Shown in pieces: positions 49,376 through 59,392 of a stretch of DNA of 64,000 nt. The DNA comes from Thermoanaerobaculia bacterium (GTDB taxonomy: Bacteria; Acidobacteriota; Thermoanaerobaculia; Gp7-AA8), in assembly GCA_041750915.1 (NCBI GenBank), contig JBGSYJ010000241.1, forward strand, positions 1,067 through 65,066, written 5' to 3'. The translations under genes and the position numbers were made by a program. The notes beneath the pieces are model-generated. The model worked only from the letters and a program-made list of their open reading frames with translations, had not been told where the DNA came from and made no database searches. Each line of letters opens with the position of its first letter. Within the stretch, counting starts at the first letter, position 1.

Positions 49376-49843
49376 CCCTCCTCCAACTCTTTCTTGTACG
49401 GGAGTGACGCGGGAGGAGAATTCCTTACTCCGGTTTGCCAGATTCCTGGACGGGCCCGTACGCCAAAGAGCTTCACGCCTGGAGGACAGGCGCGCGCATA
49501 ACTGCTGAACTCCACTCCAAAGACCGTCGATCTTGGAACTTGACTAAGGACGGGCACAAGAACGCCGCCGAGGCAATTGTTCCCAGATCTTTGACAATCT
49601 GTTCCTTGAGCATGACGCTGTTCGATCGGTAAGCCCGGCGTTTGCGAGGGCCCCCAAAGGTTGAACACCGCCAGTGTCACACCCTCAAGTCATGCAAACA
49701 ACTATTCACAGTTCTGCCCGGTTGATCACGGGCGACTCACAGACGACCGCGATCTTCGGGATTTTTCGCATCAGAGGTAAGGAAACGAGCGGTTCTGTCA
49801 CTCCTCAAGTAGCAATTCCCAACACATCAAGGAGGGACGACTC

Positions 49844-51703
49844 ATGGCATCTAAGAAAAGAGTGTCACGAAGGTCTGTGAAGTCACGCGTAAAGGAGGTG
49901 GCTCCGACCTCCCGTAGGCAGGAAAAGCTCAGCAAGGATGATCTTCCCCGGAAAGTGTTTGCGCAAGCCTCACCGCGTTCGATGAGTGGGGTCTCGCTGT
50001 TTGGCGGGCAAGAACAGATCAACGCCGATACCGTTCTGAACTTCTTTTCTCAGACCGACGTGATTATGGCTGCCGCCGCCCGGCTGGAAGACGCTGGGTT
50101 CGAGATCCTGCAGATCTCACCGATGACGATCAACATCGCCGGATCCCCCACGACGTATCGCAAAGCGTTTAACACCCAGCTGGTCGTCCTGGACAAGCCG
50201 GTCATCAAGGAGTCTGCGAAAGAGGACATCGCGCAGTTCATCGACAGCCCGGACACCACAATGCCCGGGCTCATTGAAACACGAGGGACAACATTCGAAG
50301 ATGTCCTCGAAGGCGTCGCGCTTGAAGAACCCGTGTATTTCATGGCCGCCTCCGCCTTTGCCCCGACGAAGGCATACTGGCACCTCCGGGTGCCCGGCGA
50401 TATTTCCTTATGCTGCAACGCGGACCGAGCGCACCGAGCGGGGATCACGGGAAAGGGAGTCAGAGTAGCCATGGTGGACAGCGGTTGGTACAAGCACCCG
50501 TATTTCGTCGGTCGCGGATACCGTGCCGCGCCGGTCGTCCTCGGACCCGCCGCCGTAAACCCCCTCAACGATGAGAGTGGGCACGGCACGGGTGAGTCCG
50601 CGAATATTTTCGCAAACGCTCCGGACGTGGAACTCCTCCCGGTCAAGATCAATTTCGTGAATAGCATCGGGGCGTTCAATGCTGCGGTCGGCCTCAATCC
50701 GGACATCATCACATGCAGCTGGGGGAGCAGCGTGCAAAACGGACCGTTGAGCGCCGCAAACCAAGCCCTGGCAGCAGCGATCGCGGCCGCCGTGGCTAGC
50801 GGGATCACCGTTATCTTCTCGGCAGGCAACGGCCACTATGGTTTTCCCGGGCAACACCCCGACGTCATCTCCGCCGGCGGCACCTTCATGAACCCGGACG
50901 AGACCCTGCGCGCCTCTGACTACGCCAGCGGGTTCATGAGCACTATCTACGCAAATCGTCGCGTGCCCGACTTGTGCGGGCTGGTAGGGATGCGCCCCAG
51001 GGCGATCTACATTATGCTGCCCTTGGAACCCGGCGGTCAGATCGACGTCGGCAATGCCGGAGGAACCCACCCCAACGGCGACGAAACGACGAACAACGAT
51101 GGGTGGGCCGCCTTTAGCGGCACATCAGCGGCCGCACCGCAGCTGGCTGGCGTCGCGGCACTCATGAAACAGGCCTGCTCCTCGCTAACACCCGCGGATA
51201 TCAAGGACATCATGCGGAAGACCGCACGTGACGTGACACAGGGAACGTGCAGCCCGAGCACCGGCGGCAATGCAGCTGTCGTCGGACCGGACCTTGCGAC
51301 GGGCGACGGTCTCGTCGACGCGCATAAGGCGGTCATGGTGGCCAAGGTCAAGTGTCTGGGGCCGATCATCACGCCCATCCGGCCCCCGATCCGGCCACCA
51401 ATCCAACCAATCACGGGACCCGTACGACCCATCGTGGGACCACAGCCCATCGAGCCCGTACGACCGCCAATTCAACCCATACGTCCTATCGAACCCATCA
51501 CACCAATACAACCAGGACCCATTCGCCCGGTGGAACCGGTGCGGCCGATCGCGCCGATTGTGAACCCGGGCCCCATCCCCCAACGCGAAGCGCCAGAGCA
51601 ACCAGGACCGTCGCAACAGCAGGAACAATCCAAGCTGAGTGCCGAAGATGTCACCACTCTGAGCAACATGATCATCGACGCAGAACTGGACCTAGAGAAA
51701 TAG
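49844..51703 (+). CDS. Subtilisin-like S8 serine protease with C-terminal proline-rich PIxP repeat tail
   Basis: Catalytic triad contexts VAMVDSGW (Asp), HGTGES (His), GTSAAAPQLAGVAALM (Ser). The C-terminus PIRPPIRPPIQPITGPVRPIVGPQPIEPVRPPIQPIRPIEPITPIQPGPIRPVEPVRPIAPIVNPGPIP is low-complexity. Confidence 0.8.
   Translation: MASKKRVSRRSVKSRVKEVAPTSRRQEKLSKDDLPRKVFAQASPRSMSGVSLFGGQEQINADTVLNFFSQTDVIMAAAARLEDAGFEILQISPMTINIAGSPTTYRKAFNTQLVVLDKPVIKESAKEDIAQFIDSPDTTMPGLIETRGTTFEDVLEGVALEEPVYFMAASAFAPTKAYWHLRVPGDISLCCNADRAHRAGITGKGVRVAMVDSGWYKHPYFVGRGYRAAPVVLGPAAVNPLNDESGHGTGESANIFANAPDVELLPVKINFVNSIGAFNAAVGLNPDIITCSWGSSVQNGPLSAANQALAAAIAAAVASGITVIFSAGNGHYGFPGQHPDVISAGGTFMNPDETLRASDYASGFMSTIYANRRVPDLCGLVGMRPRAIYIMLPLEPGGQIDVGNAGGTHPNGDETTNNDGWAAFSGTSAAAPQLAGVAALMKQACSSLTPADIKDIMRKTARDVTQGTCSPSTGGNAAVVGPDLATGDGLVDAHKAVMVAKVKCLGPIITPIRPPIRPPIQPITGPVRPIVGPQPIEPVRPPIQPIRPIEPITPIQPGPIRPVEPVRPIAPIVNPGPIPQREAPEQPGPSQQQEQSKLSAEDVTTLSNMIIDAELDLEK
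51360..51590 (+). repeat. Proline-rich PIxP imperfect tandem repeats inside the S8 protease gene
   Basis: Read directly from the translated sequence and the DNA periodicity (ccgatccggcc / ccaatccaacc / cccatcgagccc). Confidence 0.7.
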
Positions 51704-51751
51704 AAGGGGGTCAGTACGGGACAATCGAAGAGCGTCGCGACGACCAGACGC

Positions 51752-53677
51752 ATGCCGCGGGTACTTCTCGTGAGCATGCCTTTTGGCGCGCTTGAGCGTC
51801 CAGCGCTGGGGCTCAGCCTCCTCAAGGCCCGCCTGACGCTGGACGGCGTGGTGTGTCACGTGCGCTATCTCAATTTTCCGTTCGCAGAACTCATCGGGCT
51901 GGAACACTATCAATGGGTGACGCACGAACTCCCCTATACGGCCTTTGCGGGTGACTGGGCCTTCACCTCCGTCCTCTACGGTGATCGGCCCGAGGTCGAA
52001 GCAGCCTACATCCAAGAGGTACTCCGCAAGACGTGGCGACTCGGCGACACGGAAATCAACCGACTGTTAAACGTGCGTGCGCGCACACCGCTCTTTCTGG
52101 ACCACTGCATGGCAGCGATCCCTTGGGCGTCGTATGACGTGGTGGGCTTCACGTCCACGTTTGAGCAGAACATCGCCTCACTCGCCCTCGCCCAGCGAGT
52201 CAAGCAATCGCACCCGGATATCCTGATCGTGTTTGGGGGCGCCAACTGGGAAACGGACATGGGCCATGAGCTGCACCGACAGTTCCCGTTCGTCGACTAC
52301 GTGTGCAGCGGCGAGGCGGATGACAGCTTCCCCGCACTCATCCGCCAACTACAGCACACACCACGGCCGGTGGTGCGCGGGATCGTACACCGCACTACCG
52401 CTGGCGCGTCCGTGTTTACAGGGCCGGCACCAGTGATCAGCAAGATGGACGACCTGCCACTGCCGGATTTTAGCGACTACCTGCACGACCTCCAAGAGTC
52501 TTCCGCGGCCACGCCGATCATCCCCACGCTGCTCTTTGAAAGTGCTCGCGGATGCTGGTGGGGCGCGAAATCTCACTGCACGTTCTGCGGCCTCAACGGC
52601 GGCAGCATGGCCTTTCGGAGCAAGAGCGCCCGACGCGTCGTGGAGGAACTCACCACCCTGCGCGCACAATGGCCCAACGATCTTGCGGAGGCCGTCGACA
52701 ATATCTTGGACGTAGCGTACTTCAAGGATCTGCTGCCGGCACTGGCGCGTGCCCGACTCTCCTTGCAACTCTTCTATGAGGTCAAAGCAAACCTAAGTCG
52801 AGCGCAGGTACGCTTGCTCAGCGAGGCAGGCGTTCACCGCATCCAGCCCGGTATCGAAAGCCTCAACGACCACATCCTCACGCTCATGCGCAAGGGCACG
52901 ACCGCACTGCGCAACATTCAACTGCTCAAGTGGGCACAGGAGTATGGCGTCACCGTCGAATGGAACCTTTTGTACGGGTTCCCCGGCGAGACAATTACTG
53001 ATTACGCGGACATGCTCCGACTCCTGCGCCCCATTCGGTTCTTACGACCACCCTGCGCATGCGGGCCGATTCGACTGGACCGATTCAGCCCGTACTACAA
53101 CACGCCCCAAGCGTTTGGCCTGACGAACGTCACACCGATCAACACCTACCGATACCTCTACCCCTGTGATGAAGCAAGCCTGGCGCGGATCGCGTACTAC
53201 TTCGACTTCACCTACGAGGATACCGTCGACCCCACCGGCCATGCGGCATCAGTGATCGCGTACATCAACGACTGGCAATCCCACCCCGAGCACGGCAGCC
53301 TCTGGGCGCTCTCCACGCCTGACGCACTCGTGCTGCTGGACCAACGCTCAAGCGCCAGTCTCCCCATGCTCCGCCTCGTCGGGCTGGAACGCACTGCGTA
53401 CGAGTTCTGCGACGAAGCCCACCGGCTGAGCAGCGTCGTCGCAGCACTCCGTCGCACCTTCCCACAGGTCGCGTTTACCGAGGACGACGTACTCACGTTC
53501 CTGAATTCTCTGGTCGCGAACAACCTCATGGTCACGGACGGCGCACTATACCTGAGCCTCGCCATCTACTCACCACCGCGAGATACAATACCCGGCCATC
53601 AGTATCAGGACCACCGGCACGACCAGATCATCACGCACACCAAGGCAAGGGCGACCGCGCATACGGCCGACGCTTAA
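51752..53677 (+). CDS. B12-binding-domain radical SAM enzyme (RiPP-maturase-like)
   Basis: N-terminal cobalamin-binding-like domain (LLVSMPFGALERPALGLSLLKA). Cys motif ARGCWWGAKSHCTFCGLNG (Cx7CxxC). ~640 aa. Confidence 0.65.
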   Translation: MPRVLLVSMPFGALERPALGLSLLKARLTLDGVVCHVRYLNFPFAELIGLEHYQWVTHELPYTAFAGDWAFTSVLYGDRPEVEAAYIQEVLRKTWRLGDTEINRLLNVRARTPLFLDHCMAAIPWASYDVVGFTSTFEQNIASLALAQRVKQSHPDILIVFGGANWETDMGHELHRQFPFVDYVCSGEADDSFPALIRQLQHTPRPVVRGIVHRTTAGASVFTGPAPVISKMDDLPLPDFSDYLHDLQESSAATPIIPTLLFESARGCWWGAKSHCTFCGLNGGSMAFRSKSARRVVEELTTLRAQWPNDLAEAVDNILDVAYFKDLLPALARARLSLQLFYEVKANLSRAQVRLLSEAGVHRIQPGIESLNDHILTLMRKGTTALRNIQLLKWAQEYGVTVEWNLLYGFPGETITDYADMLRLLRPIRFLRPPCACGPIRLDRFSPYYNTPQAFGLTNVTPINTYRYLYPCDEASLARIAYYFDFTYEDTVDPTGHAASVIAYINDWQSHPEHGSLWALSTPDALVLLDQRSSASLPMLRLVGLERTAYEFCDEAHRLSSVVAALRRTFPQVAFTEDDVLTFLNSLVANNLMVTDGALYLSLAIYSPPRDTIPGHQYQDHRHDQIITHTKARATAHTADA

Positions 53678-53692
53678 AAGGAGCAGAATAAA

Positions 53693-54073
53693 ATGGCGAT
53701 CGCCAAAACTATCTCCGCTCAAGTCATCATTAAACCGACTACGTCGGTCGCGGAGCCCGTGACCGCGGCAAACGTGCACGAACTCAACTCAGCACCGGAT
53801 GTGGTGACCAAGATCCAGGACGCTTTCGCAAAAAACGGCTTCGAGGTCGGCAACGTCGTCGCGAGCACTTTCAGCATCACCGCGCCGGTGTCGACCTTTA
53901 AGAAAATGTTCGGCGTAGGCTTCGCCCGTGATGAGCGCGGCGGCATGGTCGTGCGTGGCGTACGAGACGCGCCGCGCGAACTGCCCAGAACACGACTCCC
54001 CAAGGCACTCGCCCAAGCTATCGCAGCGATCACGTTTGGGGAACCCCCGGACTTCGGACCAACGAACTTCTGA
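53693..54073 (+). CDS. Small protein (126 aa) between the rSAM and oxygenase genes; possible precursor/leader-like peptide
   Basis: Starts 16 nt after the rSAM stop. The VVTKIQDAFAKNGFEVGNV segment loosely resembles Nif11-type leader helices. No Cys. Confidence 0.3.
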   Translation: MAIAKTISAQVIIKPTTSVAEPVTAANVHELNSAPDVVTKIQDAFAKNGFEVGNVVASTFSITAPVSTFKKMFGVGFARDERGGMVVRGVRDAPRELPRTRLPKALAQAIAAITFGEPPDFGPTNF

Positions 54074-54084
54074 CAACGTCGATC

Positions 54085-54759
54085 ATGCCCGTACAAGCTA
54101 CCGCAGCACGACACAAGACTCCTCCCGCGGAGCATCAACGATTCGCGAACACGGATCCTATTCGTGAGTCGCCGTTGATGCGCACCGGTGGTTGGGCCGT
54201 CTACGAAGGCCTCGTTGACCGCCTCTACCGGTCGGCAATGCTCGCGGAAGCGCTCACGCTCGCACCTGGTGCCAAGGATTGGTGGGTGCCCTCATCGGAC
54301 GGCGAAGAGCACCGCGGCGGAGTGCCGGCACGACGGTTCAAGAGCACGATCGGTGGGCCACTCCAGACGGCATTCTACGGGTCAGCCTGGACCCTCGAGT
54401 TTCTTGGTCAACTCACGACGCCGACGATTGTGCGCACTGGCGGCGCCGGCACGTACTCCTACTACACGCGCCCAGGTGATTTTCTTGCGCTGCACCGGGA
54501 CATCATCGCGTGTGATGTGGCGCTGATCACCTGCTTGCAGAACGATGATGGCATGGGGGGAGGCCTGTGCCTGTACCCGCATCGCATTGCAGAACCGCTC
54601 TCCGCTATCCGTGCCACACCAGAGCATGGAGCCGTCAGCGTCCAGCTTCAGGCCGGGCAAACGATCGTTCTCTACGGCGGCCTCCTCCCGCACGCACTGC
54701 TGCCGCTCACCCGTGGTCAAACACGAATCGTCTCGGTGCTCTGCTATCAAACCTCGTAA
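54085..54759 (+). CDS. 2OG-Fe(II)-oxygenase/cupin-like protein
   Basis: HxD...H facial-triad candidates ALHRDII and LLPHALLPL, followed by a conserved Arg (TRGQTRIV). Confidence 0.45.
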   Translation: MPVQATAARHKTPPAEHQRFANTDPIRESPLMRTGGWAVYEGLVDRLYRSAMLAEALTLAPGAKDWWVPSSDGEEHRGGVPARRFKSTIGGPLQTAFYGSAWTLEFLGQLTTPTIVRTGGAGTYSYYTRPGDFLALHRDIIACDVALITCLQNDDGMGGGLCLYPHRIAEPLSAIRATPEHGAVSVQLQAGQTIVLYGGLLPHALLPLTRGQTRIVSVLCYQTS

Positions 54760-55939
54760 GCCGCCGCGGTTCCGCCCCCCAGCATCACCCAGTTGACGGC
54801 ATTGAGAATCCGAGAGCGAAAACAGACGTTGTGGAAAATCGCCACGATCATCAGCGCAGCGCTGCCCTGCGTTGGGCGCGATGCTGGCAGCCGGGTACTT
54901 GGGAATGTACGAACTCGTGACCGAGTACCTGACGCTCGCGTACTTGTACCATCGTGCTGAGGACGAGATCGCGGCAACCGTCCGCTGTTATCTCAGGGAG
55001 TAGCTATCTAGCGAATTCTCAGCGCCCCGCAGCACGCCGAACGCCACGAGCGGGCTGTCTCGATCAAAGGATGTCTCAAAGCGTGTCTGGCCATGTGCCC
55101 CTGATGCAGGGTCCTTACACAATCTATTCTCATCCAACGATTTGCGTAGGTTGCCTAGCCGCTCGGCCTCCTGATTGGCCATCAGGTTCCGCCTAGCCCA
55201 GCGAAAACTGATTAAGCTGCACGTAGCCCGCATCACGACGTAGACGCCGATGATCCAGCGGTGGCGGCACGCAGCTTCACCGACGAGTTCGAAAAATTCT
55301 CGATGGCGGGTCATCGACGAAGGCGCTGCCTCCTCTTGCCGCGAGATGTGACAAAAAGAACACTCCGGGATATTCGACGCGAACTATTCGTGCCGTGCAC
55401 CGGAGAATCCCTCGGTTACGGAGGATCGCCAAACATCTCTACGAATTCAGCCGGAAAGTTCCTCAGAATGTAAGGTTCTGATGCCATGAGGGGCGGCGCA
55501 TCCACAGCGAGTAGAGGCAGCGTTCATCTCTTGCGCGACTGAGCCCTGATACGCATATAGCAGGCGAGGACCGACGCGGTGTTGAGGCATGGATTGTCGA
55601 GGAAAGGAGCCTGCCATGGAGAAGTACTACGCAGCATTCTATGCCTTCCCATTGGACGCGCGCTCGTTTATAGCGTCAGGGTCGGGTCCGCTCACTCCGG
55701 CTGCAGACTTGATTCTGATGCGGTGACTGGTGCGGATGATCTCGATCCGACGCCGCACGAACGAGACAATGGGACTGCTGACTCAGACGTTACACAGGAC
55801 CCCATCGATTAGCGGCGGCTAAACGCCGCAAGGAATTCGCTCGCCCATGTTGAAAATGCCTGCCAATGGGTGATCCGTTGGTTCACGCGAAGGGAGAAGG
55901 ACTCCCTCGCAGCGGTGGCCTGAACCCAGGCGGCCCTGA

Positions 55940-57410
55940 TCACAACGACGCTTGGCTCAGTCGCCGCAAAGCCGCCTGCGCCACCTGTCGGTCACTGTGA
56001 GGTATTCTTTGGCCTTGAATGAGTTGCACCGTTTCCGTGCCCTTCCCAAGCAAGACGACCACCCCGTCAGGACGCGCGGCCTGAATGGCTGCTTCGATCG
56101 CTGAACATCGGTCCAGAATGACGCGCACGCGACCCGACGTGGAGCCGGTCGTCACTCCCTTCATCATGTCGCTGATAATCGCAGCCGGATGCTCTGAGCC
56201 TGGATTATCGCTCGTGAGGATGCAATGCTCAGAACCTGCGACCGCCGCCCGGGCCATCAACGGCCGCTTTCCTTTGTCGCTGTTCTGGCTGCACCCCAAT
56301 ACCACGACGCGTCGGCGCCGCCCAGCCAATGGCGCCAATGCCTCCAGGACTGCTGTTACGCTCTCCGGGGTATGAGCGTAGTCGACGTACACGTCTATTC
56401 CACTATTACTGTCTAAATATTCAAGTCGTCCGAATCCGATTGGCATGCCGAAGGCCCTCGATTGCGACATCTACGCCGACGAGTTCCTGCGTCAGCGCGA
56501 ACGCCCCCAACAGGTTGTACAGATTGTGCTTGCCAAGTAATGGAGTGAGGAGTTCCCTGCCACAAAGCGAAAGACTCATGCCATGGGGAGTGAAGCGATA
56601 CTCATCAGGCCGAATATCGCCGTTATCGAGACCATACGTGATCACTCGCCCACGGACCATCTTTCGGATCTCACGACCGATCGGATCATCAATGTTCAAG
56701 ACAATGACGCAATCCGGGGTTTGAAGGGATGAGTCGATGAAGAGTCGCGCCTTCGCGGCTGCGTATGCTTCCCATCCACCGTGGTATTCCAGGTGATCGG
56801 AGCCAAGATTAGTAAATACCACTCCGGAAAATTTCAGGCCGTGCAGTCGGTTTTCGGCAATGCCAATCGAGCTGGCCTCCAGCACCACCTTGGTAGCACC
56901 GTTCCCGAGCATGTGGCGCAACAGACCATGAAGCTCGAAGGGTTCCGGTGTTGTATTGCTGCTGGGTCGATGCCCCTCCGGTGATTTGCGTATGAGGGAA
57001 CTTATCATGCCGATGCGAACGCCCGCATAGCGCAGGACATCGTGAATCAAATGGCAGACCGTGGTCTTTCCCTTTGTCCCAGTCACACCATACAGTGCCA
57101 GTGCATCGTGAGCGTTCTCAAAGAAATTCGCCGCCATCAACGCATATGCCTGTTGCGGGCACTGCACGATGATTCTGCACGCAGAAGGTTCGGATTGGGC
57201 ATCAGCGTCATCAGTCCCGACGAGAACACCGGACGCTCCTGCGCTGAGTGCCGCGTTCTCACTGCTCGTTGGCATCCACTTCAAGCCCAGCTTTCCGAAA
57301 ATCGCCCCCGGCCGAATATTGTTCGGATGCATTGCTAATGAGGACACTTCCAGTTCTTCGTCGATCTGTGCGAGAACATCAATGCCCGACATCAATTCGC
57401 GAAGCTTCAT
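55940..57410 (-). pseudogene. Mur ligase family protein (MurE-like; CapB/PgsB-like role possible) split by a frameshift near 56440
   Basis: Upstream ORF has the P-loop GVTGTKGKTT and the middle domain. Downstream ORF 55940..56470 has the C-terminal DYAHTP motif. The two ORFs overlap by 50 nt in different frames. Confidence 0.65.
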
Positions 57411-58234
57411 GCATCGAACTCCTCAACCCGCCCCTCCACCACCATTCCCTTCGAAGATGAGGCATGGATGATGCTCATGCCACCGCAAGGCAGTCGCAAG
57501 AGGAGCCCCACGTGCACGGTGTTTGGTAGGCCGGCGCTGCTAAACCGCAATCGTGGAATCGCAGCGGCCAGTTGATTAGTGGAGTGGCGTGGAATGATCC
57601 TGGCCGCAACCTCCCGGTACAGGCGCTGTGCGAGACCCGAACAATCCATTCCCGACTTCGTCGTCCCGCCGGCACAGTATGGCGTACCCAAAAATGACCG
57701 CGCTATGTCAAGCCACCGTCTGTCTGTTGGGTTGACGGCCTGGAAGGCACGCGGTTGCACATCGGCAAGCGGATCATTTGTCCAGCCCACAGTTCCATCG
57801 CTGGCACGGACTAACCAGGCCTCCTTGGTTAGTGCAATCAACCTGACTGGACCGTCGCCGGACACTATTTCCGACGCAAGGGTTACGCACGTGCGTTCGC
57901 GCCACAAACGCGTAACCGGACGAACCGCCGATCGCAGCTTGGCCTTCTCTTCCAGACATGAAAAACTAACGAGAAGGCGCCATCGTGGCCCGATGACCTC
58001 TCTGAGCCCGTTCGTGAGGCTGGCCCCAAGTTCCTTGAGTAATACACATCCTCGCACCCAAAGCACCCGGTTGTCCCGGTCCACGTCAAGGTCCCACTCC
58101 ATCCAGGTCCAGGGCGTACTGGCGGATGAGTCCGTCGCGTACGCGTTCAAGATAGGCCGTCGTAAGAGCAGAAATGAGCTCCACCTCGCCCGCCCCGACA
58201 CGAGAGATGCTGAGCGATGCCGGAACCGACGCAT
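57407..58234 (-). CDS. NlpC/P60-family cysteine peptidase domain protein
   Basis: GTPYCAGGTTKSGMDCSGLAQRLY (catalytic Cys) with a downstream His. The stop overlaps the Mur ligase start. Confidence 0.6.
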   Translation of the reverse strand: MRRFRHRSASLVSGRARWSSFLLLRRPILNAYATDSSASTPWTWMEWDLDVDRDNRVLWVRGCVLLKELGASLTNGLREVIGPRWRLLVSFSCLEEKAKLRSAVRPVTRLWRERTCVTLASEIVSGDGPVRLIALTKEAWLVRASDGTVGWTNDPLADVQPRAFQAVNPTDRRWLDIARSFLGTPYCAGGTTKSGMDCSGLAQRLYREVAARIIPRHSTNQLAAAIPRLRFSSAGLPNTVHVGLLLRLPCGGMSIIHASSSKGMVVEGRVEEFDA

Positions 58235-58264
58235 CGCGGTATCGAGGATGAAGAAAGTCTTCCA

Positions 58265-59392
58265 TCACGCTGCAGTCTGGATCACTCCACGGCCGCTTGA
58301 ATTCCTAATCACGGTTCCAAACGATCGGCTGATGGCGATGAGATGTTCCAGCAGGGCATCCGCGTCATGCCCGTAGAGAATTGCCGGCTGATAGCGACCA
58401 CGAACGGGAACAATCTCCACGGACCGCACATGATGGTTCGCGATCTTCAGCTTTACGAGCATGTTGTCCCCCCAGTAAGAATGATCATGACCAAAGATAA
58501 AGTTTCCGAGAGAATAGAAGATTGGGCGCTGCCGGTAAATCTCAATGCTCCCCGGAACATGCGGATGATGTCCAAGTATCACGTCGGCGCCGCAATCGAC
58601 GAAATCACGAGCGAGTTCAACGAGCCGGGGCCACGGAGTCGCACGGTTCTCTAGGCCCCAGTGGATGGACAAAACTAGAACATCCACGGACGCTCGAATA
58701 CGGCTAATATCCTGCCCGACGACGAGCGGATTGAGTGGCGCAACCCCGCAATCGCGAGTGCTGGCATAAATCCAGTCAGGGCCAACCATCGAATACCCCA
58801 GGAACCCGATGGTTTCGCTACCTATCGAGATGACGGCTGGCGACCGTGCATCCTCAAGGCAGACGCCAGCCCCTACGATTGCGATGCCGCTTTCGCGCAA
58901 CGCCTCTAAAGTATCGTGGAACGCTAGCTCTCCGTAGTCAAGCGCATGGTTGTTCGCAAACGAGAGTACGCGAAAGCCGGCGGTTGCCATCGCTTGTGCG
59001 TGGTTAGGGCTGGCCTGATAATTAATATCATTGGAAGCGGGACGTCCTCGACGGGAGAGGGGACACTCAAGATTGCCGAACACCATATCGGAGCCACGCA
59101 GTTCATCCGCCATAGCCCGAAACACGTAATTTGCGTCGTTCTCCACCGCCTTCGGAAGTTCGACTGGGAGGCTCGTTGCCGCATGCGACGTCGCGTGAAT
59201 ACCTTGAGTGGAACGATCAAGAGAAGCTAGCCATTGATGACTTTCTGACGAATTGATGAATGGGATCTTGTAGTTGGACTCTAAACCAATCACACACGAT
59301 GAGACTTCAGGATAGTGGTAGAAGACTCGCGGTGGTTGCAACCGACGATCCAACATGATGTCGCCCACTGCGGAAATCGTTACCGAGCTCAC
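58265..59392 (-). CDS. capA: CapA/PgsA-family poly-gamma-glutamate synthesis protein (metallophosphatase fold)
   Basis: ISAVGDIMLDR, FGNLECPL, SFANNHALDYG and ILGHHPHV are CapA family motifs. Confidence 0.7.
   Translation of the reverse strand: MSSVTISAVGDIMLDRRLQPPRVFYHYPEVSSCVIGLESNYKIPFINSSESHQWLASLDRSTQGIHATSHAATSLPVELPKAVENDANYVFRAMADELRGSDMVFGNLECPLSRRGRPASNDINYQASPNHAQAMATAGFRVLSFANNHALDYGELAFHDTLEALRESGIAIVGAGVCLEDARSPAVISIGSETIGFLGYSMVGPDWIYASTRDCGVAPLNPLVVGQDISRIRASVDVLVLSIHWGLENRATPWPRLVELARDFVDCGADVILGHHPHVPGSIEIYRQRPIFYSLGNFIFGHDHSYWGDNMLVKLKIANHHVRSVEIVPVRGRYQPAILYGHDADALLEHLIAISRSFGTVIRNSSGRGVIQTAA

Noticed and set aside
50050-51450. Antisense ORFs within the S8 protease gene (50050..50829-, 50408..51070-, 51037..51450-)
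   Set aside because: The S8 frame has the full catalytic triad. The antisense ORFs have no features.
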